A DNA stretch of 63,294 nt, counting the filler, from Sphacelaria rigidula (taxonomy: Eukaryota): NCBI GenBank assembly GCA_964200075.2. It is 10 parts of 10 records of this genome, joined end to end, with 100 filler letters (N's around TTAATTAATTAA, not from the genome) between each part and the next. Parts side by side here need not be neighbours in the genome. Positions count along the whole stretch, not along the records: positions 1 to 6,240 come from CAXNAA020021298.1; positions 6,341 to 12,580 come from CAXNAA020021299.1; 8 more parts are not named here. One strand, 5' to 3'. How positions within the stretch are numbered: the stretch's first letter is position 1; each line of letters opens with the position of its first letter. A model generated the notes under the pieces. The model saw nothing but the letters and a program-made list of their open reading frames with translations, ran no database searches and was not told where the DNA came from. This document shows, piece by piece, positions 1 through 11,934 of the stretch. The translations under genes were made by a program, and so were the position numbers.

Positions 1-266
1 TTGGATGAGATAAGGGGCTCCTAACAATTTTAATCTCAGAAATTATTTCTTCACCCCTACCGTAGCATCACTCATTAATCATTTACGATATATATGTTAA
101 TTTCAGCAAGGTCAACTTGTAAGCCTGTGTCAGTCCCGAGGTACCCGCCTGGGTCTCGCCCGGCACGGTCAACCTCAGCGTCTGACCCTCATATCCTACA
201 GTTATTAACGTCTGTCTCGCCATCTGCATACTCTTGCCCTAAAATGCACAGTTACAACCAACGCAC

Positions 267-3200
267 CTGGTCCGGTGGCAAATCCCAGCAGTGAGAAAAG
301 AAGGCAATCTCGCGGCGCCGCACCACGCACTTCCCACCTCTAGCGTCCGCGAAGACGTTACATTCGTACGGTACAACTGTAGATACGTGACGTAGCAGGG
401 AAGGGCGCACGGAGGCGTAGCCTTCGAAAGTCGGCATCTTCAGAAGCACCTTGGGCAGGAGTACAGTGAAGGCACCGGGAAGCGATCGCCAGAGTAGAGG
501 CAGCGTCATTTCGTGGTTTGTGCTCGATCGACATGATATCCACACGCAAAGGTTTCTGTAGGCCATATCTAGACGATACAAACAATAGGCAATACTACTC
601 TGACGCTCTCAAGCCCCCAGGTAGTCAAGCGCCCAACATATGGGGCTTTAACATACGCGCAAGTCATGTAACCCTCTCTTAACCACCCCCCCCGAAAATG
701 CCACGTGAAAAACCCTTCTGGGTATTCCCCATACTCCTTCGTTTCGACGATCTCGAGAGCATGTCCCTACGCACCCTCGTTGACTGCGTTCCGAGGCAAC
801 CGAAAGCGTGAACAGTCTTGGACAGCAGCATAAAAAGTACCACGCAAAACAACTACATGATTTTTCTTACCTCCCTTGGCACCAACATCCACTCGCTCAA
901 CCTCGCCCCGAGCATGGTTGCCTCTGTATCTTCCAAAACTGCTTCGTCTGCGCTCACTAAACACCCCGGTCGAGAAAATAGCGAACGGGGTAGAGGGCCC
1001 TGAAGTAAGGGGTTCCCGTCAAGACGCAGTGTTCGTAAAGATGTCAAGTGCGCCAGAGATGGGGGTACCTGTATTTTGAAGGGCGGGTTTCAGCCAGATG
1101 AAAGATTTGGTGAAGTATGGTGTGGGTGGTAGAATCATCCGATAGTTGGTGAGGATGGAAGGGAGAGAGGGGACGGGCTGGGAGATTGTATCAGCAAAGG
1201 AGAAACACCGTGGTAGCAATCACAGATCTGAGAATGTGTTGGTTGGACAGCGTGAATTCGAAATGTATCGACCAAAAGTAGAGACATTTACATGGACTGA
1301 ACTCAGAGTGTCAAGTCGTGCTTCTGCCATCAAGTGATTACCATCGGATTCTTGTTTGACCGCTGTGCGTCATCACAGCGGTACCATGACAATGACTTAT
1401 TATTATTAATTCAATGGGTTAGTTATGCCTAGATACCACCTGAGACCATGCAAAATTCATACTCATCGTTGAATCCGTTGCAACTATATTATTAGACGGA
1501 CACATGCAAAGACTACATAGGATACCGGGCACTCCGTGTGTGCACCAATCCCAGTACGCACCCTTCCTGATAGCTGGTTGTTCCGCACCACGAGGGTCCA
1601 CAGCTTATTGAGTTTCCCGATCGTCGAGGGCAAGCAACCACTGAATAGATTGTCCTTTAACAGCAGCGTAGAAACATTACAACCGTATCGGGGCAGTTGG
1701 AGTCTGTGAGAGGGTAGAAGATCTCGAGGCAACATGGAACCGGGGTAAAGAAGCTGTACGATATTTCGCATGGGGCGTTTAGACCAAGGAAAGACACGCC
1801 GCCGTGCTCAAAGGCTTACGTTGCTGTGCTATGTGTAGTGGCAGTTAAGATGGCGGGAGTGCGAGGTGTTTTTGTTGCACATTTCTGCGAGCAAGGATCC
1901 ACGGGTTTAGCATGAGCGACTTCGTTCTGCACCACGGTCGCTCGGAGAACATCAAGCGAAGGGTACCTGCAGCTGTAGAATCTCCAGTCGGCTGAGTTGC
2001 CCAAAATCTGATGGCAGAGACCCCTCGAAGTTGTTCCCATCTAGTCGGAGCGATTCCAGTTTGGTCAAACCTCCGAATCCGGCCCCATCCCCGCCATTGC
2101 TCCTCATTGTTTCGTCTGATGGATCTAGAATGCACAATTTCCCCGAAAGATGGCATCCAGACAAGGACAGAACGCGCAAAGATATGCATGTCCCTATATG
2201 GGGTGGAATGCCACCTTCGAGTTTGTTGTACGACAGGTCTAGCGTATCCAGTGCTGTAAGCTCGCCGACTCCCGTAGGGATAGAGCCTGTCAGCTGATTG
2301 CGGGACAAGTTCAGGTATGAGAGCGCGCACTGTTTGCCCTGATCTGAACGATTGGAGATAGCATTGCCGTATTCCGGGAAGTCGTCGGTTGATGGCGATT
2401 CTCGTGCCCAGGAGGGTAAAAGGGAGATGATGGGCAGCTCTCCGTCGAACGAGTTGCGACTGAGGTCGAGATAGACCAACGATGACAGGGAGCAGAAGAC
2501 ACGACTCGTCAGCTTTCCGTTCAACTTGTAATGGCGAAAAAACAGGACGGGTGCAAGGAGGGTATGCGGAGATACTTAGGCAAGTTCACTGCGGAGTGTG
2601 GGGTAGCGCAAGCGACACGAACGAGGGTCGAGACATACTGCTGGATGTATTGGTAGCTCTGGCAAAGACATGCGCTTGAAAGTCGAAAACTAATTTGGAA
2701 ACTTTCTGCCAGGCTCAAGTATCGCCGAAACCGCTCAACTAGGAGTAGAAAATAAACAGCACGACGGGCAATTGAGAAGGCGGGGACGAACGAACCATGC
2801 AGCGCACGTACGAGTCGGAGAGCCACCTTACTGTCGAGGTGAAAAATCCTAAGGCTATTTGTAAGTGATTGACCACGACTTATTTGATAGTTGCCACTGT
2901 TAGAATGACCATAACGTCATGATTCCGACACCCAGGTCTCCAAATTTTGGCAATATTTATGTCTCTCTTCGACGGCGTGGTGCCAGCGTGTGTTTGATTA
3001 CACCACCGCAAGCGCTTCCACATGCGGTGATGCAACCCACCTTGTTCGAAGAAAAGTCCATGCTTTCGAGAGCCCTCAGCTTGCTCAGCGTTTCCGGGAG
3101 CGAACCTACAAATTGATTATCTCTACAAAAACAACCGGCACAAAGGCAACGTAGACGAAGCAGACATCACATACCCGCTGCTGCTGCAGGCTTGGGCGGT

Positions 3201-4257
3201 GGTTGCAAGCATAAATGGTACGTAGGAGTGGCTGGGTCGTCGGTGTGAAAGTAGGGCTGAGTCATCGATGTGAATGATCATCTAAGTACAAGCCTCGGTG
3301 TATCAACTTAGCGCTTCAAGACGTCGAGATCAAGAAACTGTGTCATTGGAGCGTAAAAGGCTGAAGCACTTAGCCCGCTGAGCTTGCTCAATAAGCAAGG
3401 GTCCATCGTGCCCTCTCGAGCGTTGTCGGACGTCTAAATCTTGAGAGCGTGAAAGACAAGATGTGCGAACTCGGTATTAGAAGCGAAGAGTGGCAGATAT
3501 CGTAACATATGGTTGGTTATTTTGAGGATCGAGGCAGCAGCGTCCCGATCTCCACCCCTAGCGGTAAACCGACGCACCCGAGCCACAACTCGCGGAGCGC
3601 TGTCATCCCTCCGAAACTTTCGGGGATATGCCCCTGCAAGCTGTTTGATGTCAGATCTAGCGTCGTCATCGAGCGCATATTGCCCAGTAGGGGAGGGATT
3701 TTCCCCGCTAGCTTGTTCTCTCTCAAGCGCAGCTCCATCAGGTAGTGCATCGAACCCAGTTCTCTTGGAAGGGAACCGTTCAGCTGGGACGAAGGGAAAT
3801 CATTGAAACAGGGAGGGGTGACAGAGATTCACTTCTAAACACGTTTTTGCACTGCGTCTCTCCACCTACTTTCCGTAATGTGGAGGGTTAGTGTGCAAGA
3901 CTTGGTACGCTGCTTTCGCGCGTTACTCATTGGTTCAGTTACAACATGCTCCGAGCACGACCTAGCCATTCTTTAGCTCCCTTGTCGCGTAGAAACATAA
4001 GGGGGCATCGAGCATGCCTCAACTCATCCTTCGGGACACGTCTCCTACCTTGTTGTGACTAAGGCTCAGCTGCCGCAGTTCTGTCATGGCCCCAAATTTA
4101 CTTGACACCGTACCCGTCAGCTGATTCCACGCCAGGTCAAGAGCCGTCAGGCTATTGAGGCGTGTCAACGAAGCGGGAATCCTTCCCGAAAGGTTGTTGT
4201 GGTCGATTCTGAGGGACGTCAGGTGGTCAAGGTCGCCAATGCTCTCAGGAATACAAC
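267..4257 (-). CDS. Multi-exon leucine-rich-repeat protein with a putative C-terminal HET-like domain; partial at both ends
   Basis: Phase-consistent GT-AG exons assembled by hand: 4257-4049, 3783-3578, 3122-3041, 2524-1967, 1654-1562, 1068-871, 449-267. The spliced product has plant-type LRRs (LxxLxLxxNxLxGxIP), e.g. ...LSLSHNK|LNGSLPRELG...ELWLG|DNQFVGSLPETL...SSNK|LNGKL...LQLQ|DNLFSGCLP...NNQLSGR|VPPSLAHLTSLRTLRLDGNP...WMLVPRE|VLLKMPTF...EIAFFSHCWDLPPDQ. Confidence 0.85.
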
Positions 4258-4639
4258 CTGTTTTCTTGAGACACGAGTCGACCAACCCAACATGTTGAGA
4301 GTGCTTGCAGGGATAGTCTGTGCGCGAGTTGTTTGATCAAAGAACGGCTGAAGGGAATGACGCCGCATATTCGAGCCTACTATGGTGGAGGTCACAAATA
4401 TTGCTATCCTGTCGAGGCAGGCTAAGTACAGCAGAAACGTCCAGCCAGCCTTGGATGGCTATGGTGACCTTACGACCGGGGGGGTGGATTCGTGGTACAG
4501 CTAGCAGCGAACCCATTGAGCGATTGGAGGCAGGTGACTGTTGGTGCACGTTACATTATTGACTAAGTGATCGTTGCACTTCAACCAATCTGCGAAGAAT
4601 CCAGCTGTGGTCACAGGATAGACGTTCCCAAGGTGATTT

Positions 4640-4997
4640 GTTGTGTGTTACCATCCAATTTATTCTGGACGTCGGTCTACACCTTTCGGTATATGTGGGC
4701 GCACCAGTCGGAGTCACGCAGGAGGAAGGTCAACTCAGGAGTTTTTTTTGTCTTTTTTATTTGTTTTAGTTCTCCACTTTTCTTCTGCGGTTCTTGCCTT
4801 TACTTTTTTTCGCGAGAGGGGGTTCAGCGGCCCCTTTCCCTCGTCGACGGTGCAGTCGAATTTTGTGAACCCACGACATAATCGGTCTCCACTGTTGGGC
4901 GTTTTGTGAGAAAACATCCTAGATCGCTCCGAGACTCGAACCCACAACCCAACCATCAGAAGGTCTCGAGGTTACCAACTCAGCCACCGGGGCGACC
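4640..4997 (-). mobile_element. tRNA(Arg-TCT)-derived SINE, near full length
   Basis: Minus-strand head GGTCGCCCCGGTGGCTGAGTTGG...GACCTTCTGATGGTT...GGTTCGAGTCTCGGAGCGATC carries A box, B box and a TCT anticodon-like loop. The body matches 45257-45530 and 5430-5595. It ends in an ACAC/ACAA tail. Confidence 0.75.
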
Positions 4998-5429
4998 GGC
5001 TAGGTGAACTGTGAGGGAAAATGGGAAGGCTCGCTGAATGACACTCTAGAAACGGGGAGCTGAAGAAGGAAGAGATAGCAGAGTAACCTGCAAATGACAA
5101 GAACAAAGAACGCCAAGTTACTGTGGAGTACCGGTGCTGGGAAAAAGTACTCCACGATAATATATAGATATGTAATCCCCCTTCGGTCTTCAGGCTGGAA
5201 AAACTTGCCTCATTTCGCGTTGTACCGTACACTCGGTTCACATTTTTTTACGTCCCTTGTAAACGAGTGCAGGCTCACGCGGCACCAACGTTGGGGAAAC
5301 GTTAACCTACCCGACATTGCAAGAAGGACGTTGTCGTTTCACTACATGAAGGGGAAAACGTATGTTTGTGTGTGATCCGTGGACTCCGAACCACATTGTT
5401 TGACTTTCAGCATACATTTAAGGGTGGTA

Positions 5430-5595
5430 CTACGCAGAAGGAAGGTGGGGTATTAAAAACAAATAAAAAAGAAAAAGCTCCTGTGTTGACCTTCCTCCTG
5501 TGTGACCCCGGCTGAAGCGCTCACATATTATACCGAAAGGTGTAGACTGGTGCCCAGAATAAAAAGGACGACAACACCCACACACACTCTCTCTC
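5430..5595 (+). mobile_element. 3' fragment of the same tRNA-derived SINE
   Basis: CTCCTGTGTTGACCTTCCTCCTGTGTGACCCC...ATACCGAAAGGTGTAGAC matches the reverse complement of 4645-4790; (AC)n/(CT)n tail. Confidence 0.7.
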
Positions 5596-5786
5596 TGAGC
5601 AAGCAGTATCACATAATATTATATATAGCGCACACAGACGGAGCGCGGGTCGCATGTACGAGAACACGGTACCAACGTCGCCCTGTACTTCTGCCCAGAG
5701 CCATGGGTTCACTTGCAGCCGCCTGCGATATGCGCAGTGACGTTCCTTCTGCAGGGTGCTGCTCTCGCCACCTTACTCGAGGCCCT

Positions 5787-6003
5787 TGTAGTGCGTGAGA
5801 GGACCGCGTGCTTAGAGGACGGCGCCGTCGTTCAATACACCGCAGGATCGAAGATTTTCAAAACCAATCGGGCCAGTCCTTGCAGATACCACGCCCCTGA
5901 CCATAACCCCAACACTAAGCCTAACCCTAACCCCAACCCTAATCATGGGGATGTTCAAATTTCGATGCGGTCCTCTAAGCACGCGGTCCTCTCACGCATT
6001 ACA
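5787..6003. mobile_element. 217-bp MITE with TGT...ACA termini and 4-bp TSD (CCCT); Ginger-like
   Basis: TIR TGTAGTGCGTGAGAGGACCGCGTGCTTAGAGGAC / GTCCTCTAAGCACGCGGTCCTCTCACGCATTACA; CCCT at 5783-5786 and 6004-6007. Confidence 0.8.
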
Positions 6004-6165
6004 CCCTGTTGAGCCAGCTGTCCGTGCTGATTGCGGCCACCCTTCTTGCCGCGATGACTTCCGCTCTATTCATGAGCCCAATACAATTGACACTGTGGAA
6101 CATGACTCTTACGACGGGAACGTGATATTTTAGATAAAAAAAAGGGTCTGAACGTTGACGGATGT

Positions 6166-6240
6166 TGTAATGCGTGAGAGGACCGCGTGCTTAGAGGACC
6201 GCATCGGAATTTGAACATCTCTATGGTTAGGGTTAGGGTC
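6166..6240. mobile_element. Second, inverted copy of the 5787-6003 MITE, truncated by the scaffold end
   Basis: TGTAATGCGTGAGAGGACCGCGTGCTTAGAGGACCGCATCGGAATTTGAACATC is nearly the reverse complement of 5945-6003. Confidence 0.8.
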
Positions 6241-6340
6241 NNNNNNNNNNNNNNNNNNNNNNNNNNNNNNNNNNNNNNNNNNNNTTAATTAATTAANNNN
6301 NNNNNNNNNNNNNNNNNNNNNNNNNNNNNNNNNNNNNNNN
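6241..6340. other. Artificial scaffold linker (first of nine)
   Basis: N44-TTAATTAATTAA-N44 with stops in all six frames; repeated at 12581, 18921, 25261, 31600, 37939, 44278, 50617 and 56956. Confidence 0.99.
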
Positions 6341-6624
6341 GGGGGGTACTTCTCAGTTTGTGTTTTCCTGATTCGTTTAACCATGGACGGCGCAGCCGTC
6401 GGGAGGCGGGGGGGTTGTGGGGGGGGGGGCTATCGTAGAAATTGCCACGGGTACACCAGTAAGAGGTAAGGTTGAAGTAGCTCATGAGCTGTCCGACGCG
6501 TAGAGACTTGGAACTGGTTACTACAGTACGCGCAAAAATTCTTCAGGAAGATGTGTACAAGTTGATCCAGGGTGAACGACAGGAATTTACTCCCCAGTGA
6601 AAGCTCACGACTTTTTCTCGAGTT

Positions 6625-6757
6625 AGATCCTGAAATTTTGCACACGACACCGCCTCCTGGGACCCCGGATATCTGGCGAAGATATAAATCAAAGACGCCA
6701 TTCGTACAGAAGCGTTCTAAATACCCCAGAAAACCTGTGTGCAGAATTTCAGGGTCT
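6625..6757. mobile_element. Small TIR element interrupting an LTR-like repeat
   Basis: AGATCCTGAAATTTTGCACAC / GTGTGCAGAATTTCAGGGTCT inverted ends. The flanks rejoin to TTTTCTCGAGTT..GACCAAGGGTCTGTC, similar to the reverse complement of 7363-7392. Confidence 0.55.
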
Positions 6758-7299
6758 GACCAAGGGTCTGTCGAGAGAAAAAAATCGGACTCGGAGCCCC
6801 CCCCCCCCCCCCCCGGAGGGCAATTTTCCGAAAATTGTCATGATTTTTTTTCTTTTTGGTGTTATTTTTTTTTTTTTTTTTTTAAATTGTTGAAAGAAAG
6901 TGATCAACAAACACTGACAGAAACCGAAAAGTCTGGCGGGTTTTGCGAGGTCCATATATTTGCGTCTTCTCCTTGCCCGCTTTGTCCCGATGACCTCGGA
7001 TGCCGGCAACGCTCACACACATCTACGTACGATACACGAGCGCACGGTAGCGACAGCCTGTAGCCGAAGTAGCAACATTATCTCACGCCTCGCCAAATTC
7101 GCCCGGACTACTAGTGGTAGGTAGTCGAGGCACACGACACGGGACATGATCCCATGAATGTAATCATGGTAGGTGGTGAGCTTGGAGGGGCGGTGTGTCC
7201 GTCATCTCAGCGGCCTCCATGCCAAGGATCTCTGGGCACGGCAGCTGACTGCATCCGCCAACGCCTCGGCAATAAACTAGGGGACAGCAGACTGGATGT

Positions 7300-7718
7300 C
7301 CCCCCCTCCCTCGAAAACTCGAATTCCCGATCTTGGGGCCTACTTGTCCTGAGATATATTTTTGACAGACCCCTGGTCTAACTCGACAAAAACGGCGGGA
7401 AGTCGCCCGTATGTGCGTCGAAGTACACGAGATGTACCCGAACTCCCTCTAATTACGTGATGCTAGTATGCTACAAACCTTCTCCTTGTGCGCTTGAGCT
7501 TTAAATCGATCGTTCGGGATCAGCCTGTCGAGTTACCCAATGAAACTTTGTACAAACGTTCCTTGGGTTACCTCGGGACGAGTCAAAGTTGAAGTTTTAC
7601 TTCTGAAGCAATCTGTACCGACTTCTGGCGGGGATCTTCACGCTGGGATCCCCGGAACCCGTTAGAGAGCGGATAAACTCCGAAGTATTCTTCAACGGCT
7701 GTTTCACCATTCGTAACA
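7300..7718 (+). mobile_element. LTR-like remnant ending ...TTCGTAACA, probably of the Gypsy family in scaffold 6
   Basis: 7300-7378 matches 25491-25560, which links via 25195-25260 and 47498-47800 to the 3' region of the Gypsy (31700-31770). It ends in CA. Confidence 0.55.
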
Positions 7719-8311
7719 CCTATAGAGCTCTAGACTATGTACCAAATTGCCAAGTTTAAGGATGGTCATATATTTTCTACGAAAGTTCCAAGGGACAACG
7801 TCAAGAGGCTCTCTGGGTCAACGCCGCATATTATCGTCAGTGGAAATCCGACGACGCCAAAACCCCACATCACCGAAATACCGCGTTTTGGGGTAAAAAA
7901 TCGATCCTGTACAAACCGCTTCCAAATCTGTTTTTTGCGTCAGATTCCCTATAATAGTAATGTAGCCACTTTTGTCTTCGCCCCTTCCATCATTCATTTA
8001 ATTTCATATTTCCCAGTACACTTACTTGTCTGTTGTTGTTCACCCCTTCTATTTTTCATCCCCCCCCCCCCCTTCCCCCTTCCCCCTCCCCCCTCTTCTA
8101 GAATTTCCTTCAGCGGGTGTTCTCCGATTTTTTGTATAATCTTATTTTTTCACCTTGGGTGCGTTCACGTTTGCCTCGTGATGGTGGCCGGACTATGACT
8201 CGTAGCGGATCGGTCAAAGGGTAAAAATCACTCGATCGATCATGTAGCACACCGCAGAATACCCTGTATTTTGTTTTTGGCGCCTTCTTCCTTGGGTTCT
8301 CGATGATACAT

Positions 8312-8624
8312 AACTATGTTTTCGTGAGATTGAGAGTAGAGGAGGATACGATTGAGAGTGGAAAGCGGTCAATTAGCGAATGAATCGTTTCTGTTCCGAA
8401 ATGCCCCTCCACGAGGCCCGATATATATGCTTTCTGTAGTAGATTGCCCCTGAGGTCCTTGATATCCCTGAGTAGGATATCGACGTGTAGTTAGCTGTAA
8501 GCACACGCTAGTAGTGATAAAGGCAAAAAAAAGAACACACGGAATGGAAATTGGCTTGGTAATAGCGAATGATCAAAGCCACTCTCAATCAGCATTCTAC
8601 TCTCAATCTCAGGAAAACGTTGTT
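8312..8624. mobile_element. MITE family A (~300 bp)
   Basis: TIR ...TGTTTTCGTGAGATTGAGAG / CTCTCAATCTCAGGAAAACGTTGTT; colinear with 15794-16093. Confidence 0.75.
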
Positions 8625-11067
8625 ACATGCGGAATATCGTATGCGTGCTGAACGCGTCGTATCCATGGGGCGCGCAGCCTTGCATTAAAATGCACGGCAA
8701 TTCCTCCCCGATATACCACTAGCATCGTACAACAGGTATAGCCAAAGTGAGTGAAGACCAGCCCACCGCTGCAGATTTTTTATTCTTGAGTACTTGTTTC
8801 GATGCGTCGACGTCTGCATCATCGGGGCGAAGCACCCTTCCGGTTCTTGAAAAGCACAGCTTGCGATTTATTAAACGTTGTGCTTGCTTGGTCGCGCTCC
8901 GATCCAGGTGTACCAACCTTTCAAACAGCTTTTTTGCGAAAATTACTCACGAAAGCCTTTCCTTCGAATGCTTGTGGATAATTTGGGGCGTTCGAACAAC
9001 AGCTTGCTCGTAGTGAAACATTGATGTGGCTGGCTGCCACAGGCGGCGCGTGCGAAGATGTGACGTGCAAGACCGAAGACGCCACCACGCATCGACCCCT
9101 CAGGTCCACCCCAACAAGCCGCGGCTTGGTCCGTACTCCTCGATTAGTCGAGTAAAAGGGTCTTGAGTTGCGTCGAATATGCTGAGAGTTCAGTGAGGTG
9201 CGACGTTTTTTCTGTAACGCAGCCCAACCGAAACAAGCAAAAGAGAGGGGCATTTTTGGTAACTTAATTTTGCACTGCACCGCTGTGGCCACCACTTCTC
9301 CTCCACTACTGAGTGGATTCCCTTCAAGCAAATACTGCTGTGCGAAGGTGAACGAGGACTACAGCGGGGACCCGCTCATTACATCACTATTTTGAGCGAG
9401 GCTTCAAGCCCTACTCGGGCAGCCCATATGAGAGTTTTTTCTCATGTCACCATTAGTCATGTCTACAGTAGCCGAGAAAATTGCCCGCCATTTATAATTT
9501 TGGTTATTTCTGGTTCCCAGCCCAGCAATTATTTCTTCATGTTTCCCACGATAGTGACCGGGCTCAATTTCTTACGGCAATTTTCTCAGGTTTTCGAAAA
9601 TCTGAAGCTCAATTTCTCACGAAGACATCTCTGATGAGCGGGCCGGCACTGTAGCACCGCCGGAGGCAACACGCTTGTGCTGCAGGTGTCTGTACGTGCT
9701 TGCTCGGGGCGTCTTGTTATTCAGATCTTCTGCGCTCTAGTCGCAGTTCTTGTGGGACCTGCTCAGACCTTTTGGGGCCCATGATCAAGTACAAGGTTCA
9801 AGACCCTGCTCAGATTCCGGGGGAGGGGAGGGGGGAACTCAATGAGACTCAAACATTGGTTGTCATAGACGAAAATGGTCACTAATAGTGTCATTTATTT
9901 TTATTTTTTCTAGACGGTCAAGACGTGCCCCAAATGATATGTACGGTTCACAAGCAATACCATGAGTTGCACAACAGGGTAAAACTCCCGGGCAGAGGTG
10001 GTATACCTCATAACCCGATACACAGTACCTTTAGGTACCGATATGGTGCCACAAACAGCAGAAGATCCATCACCGGGGATGTTATACAACGTACCAGTGC
10101 CATACTGTGTAGCCTATAGCCCATGGCCAGCAGGCCGCACACGCAAGTGATCGTTCGTTCCCTTTGAAATGCGAAACACATGCGAATGCACATGTTTTTA
10201 TATCCACAACAATGGCATACGACAAAAAAAACGAAGGTTCTACTTAGTACACAAACTCACGGAGCGATTTACGGAGAACTCTTGTTCTTCAGGGTATCGG
10301 AAGCGTCGAAGCTAAAGCGCGCCATCACACAACAACAGCGGCCTCGCACACTTGCACTGCCGACAAAAAAAAACTTATTTCGTCCCGGTTCGACATAGAT
10401 TTGCTCAACACAATATATATCTCAAGTATTTCCCCACTCAAATAATCAACAGAAACATAACAGGAGAAAAAATTCAACAGTAGTAGCACGGAAGATCTCA
10501 AATATATTGCCTATTCAACAAAAAATGGGGGATAGTGCTGACCGCGCCGTTGCCGACACACAGAGACAGCGCTCTAATTCCTCGTAGGGAACAAACCCCC
10601 TGCTCACTACCACCTACACCGTAATCACCAGCACAATATCAAGCGCATTACGTACAGATGGCCACGTAGCACTTCTCTTTTCATCATCTTCTCCATATCT
10701 CAAGGCACTTACTTCTTATCGACACCGGAATCAGCAAAAAAAAACAAGATCATCGCGCAGGGGATAGTTTTCCTGAGACCTCGTCGACGAAGACGCACTC
10801 ATGTCAAATACAGCCACACCATACACATTTCAGTTGCCTCACTGCACTCCCCCCCCCCTCACCCGCCCCCCTCCCGATTCAAGGATTTAAAGTCCGCATC
10901 ATCAGTTTAGGGCATATATTTGTTTCAGTCCAAGGAGGAAAAAAAATAAAAAGGGCATCAACGGCGAGCAACACCAGATTGCATGAAGTGTTGGTTATCC
11001 AGCATGGCGTAGGACACTGAGCCTCACCTTTTCCTACTGAGGACACCAAAATAATCATCACCACCAT

Positions 11068-11934
11068 CTACCTGATATGCATACCCTCACCCCCCCCCGT
11101 CCGCTTCGTCAAGTCTCTTGTATTTACATCGCTTCCCTTTGTCGTAATTGATGAGGCCGTTGCCGCCTTCTCGTCCATGCCCGTTTCTGATAATATCGAA
11201 CTCTCGGACACAGCCAGCTGAGAAGGGCTGTAGCGTTCCGGCGGCGCTGGCAGCGAGGTCGCCCCAACCTGCTTCTCCCCCACCAGCTCCGACGGGGGCA
11301 GCCCTTGCTTCGCTGCGTGTGCCACCTGCACCTCTGCGGTCATCTCCAGACCGACGACGCCGTTGCTATCTACGCGCTCCCATCGCTCCTCTTCTATTCT
11401 AGCTTCTTGCGCGTCCGTCGCCCCGGACAGGGCGGCCGTGGTCACCGCCGGCGAAGTAACATCACGATAATCCGGAACCGCTCCCACTCCTGATCGTCCC
11501 GACCGCACAATGTCCAGCTGTTCAGGCGACTCGTTGGCGCGTCCAACATCATCATCGTCATCGCGACCGTCCGAGTGGTCGTGATCGTTCTTTTTCGATG
11601 TCGGTGACCGAAAGTCCTCTGGCGCACAAACCCCCGGCGTTGTGGTGAACATGCGCGATGGAGGCGAAGTCTTTCCAGCAGCGAATGCCGGTGGCCCCTC
11701 TTCCCCCGCCGATGTTGTTTGCCACTCCTCGGATTTGGTCACATCAGGACTTTCTTGTGCTGTTCCTCGGGTATCATCCTCCGACGTTGTCGCCGTACCC
11801 TCCGGTGACCCGCGCCGCTGATGCTCGACCACGTCGTCGCGGGAGGCGGCCACTGCGCCCGAGTCTACGTGTCGCCGACGCCACGACGATTTTTCATCTC
11901 CCGTCGCTTTCTTCATCACAACCTCTTTGTTCAG
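11068..11934 (-). CDS. Large low-complexity (S/T/E/D/A-rich) exon of an unknown protein
   Basis: Open for about 290 codons inside ORF 11068..12072, with a plausible CAG acceptor at 11937-11935. No recognisable domain. Confidence 0.45.
   Translation of the reverse strand: MNKEVVMKKATGDEKSSWRRRHVDSGAVAASRDDVVEHQRRGSPEGTATTSEDDTRGTAQESPDVTKSEEWQTTSAGEEGPPAFAAGKTSPPSRMFTTTPGVCAPEDFRSPTSKKNDHDHSDGRDDDDDVGRANESPEQLDIVRSGRSGVGAVPDYRDVTSPAVTTAALSGATDAQEARIEEERWERVDSNGVVGLEMTAEVQVAHAAKQGLPPSELVGEKQVGATSLPAPPERYSPSQLAVSESSILSETGMDEKAATASSITTKGSDVNTRDLTKRTGGGEGMHIR

Noticed and set aside
871..4257. LRR-ROCO-type shuffling exon array
   Set aside because: Exons are 82-558 nt with mixed phases rather than uniform single-repeat exons, and no ROC GTPase is visible.
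4920..4997. Functional tRNA-Arg gene
   Set aside because: The stems are imperfect and it is fused to a multicopy SINE body.
6285..6296. Regularly spaced TTAATTAATTAA repeats, and ORFs containing X runs
   Set aside because: These are artificial six-frame-stop linkers embedded in Ns.
9631..9645. CTGATGAG as a hammerhead core
   Set aside because: No downstream GAAA or stem II/III; more likely part of a short inverted repeat with CCCGCTCAT at 9371-9379.
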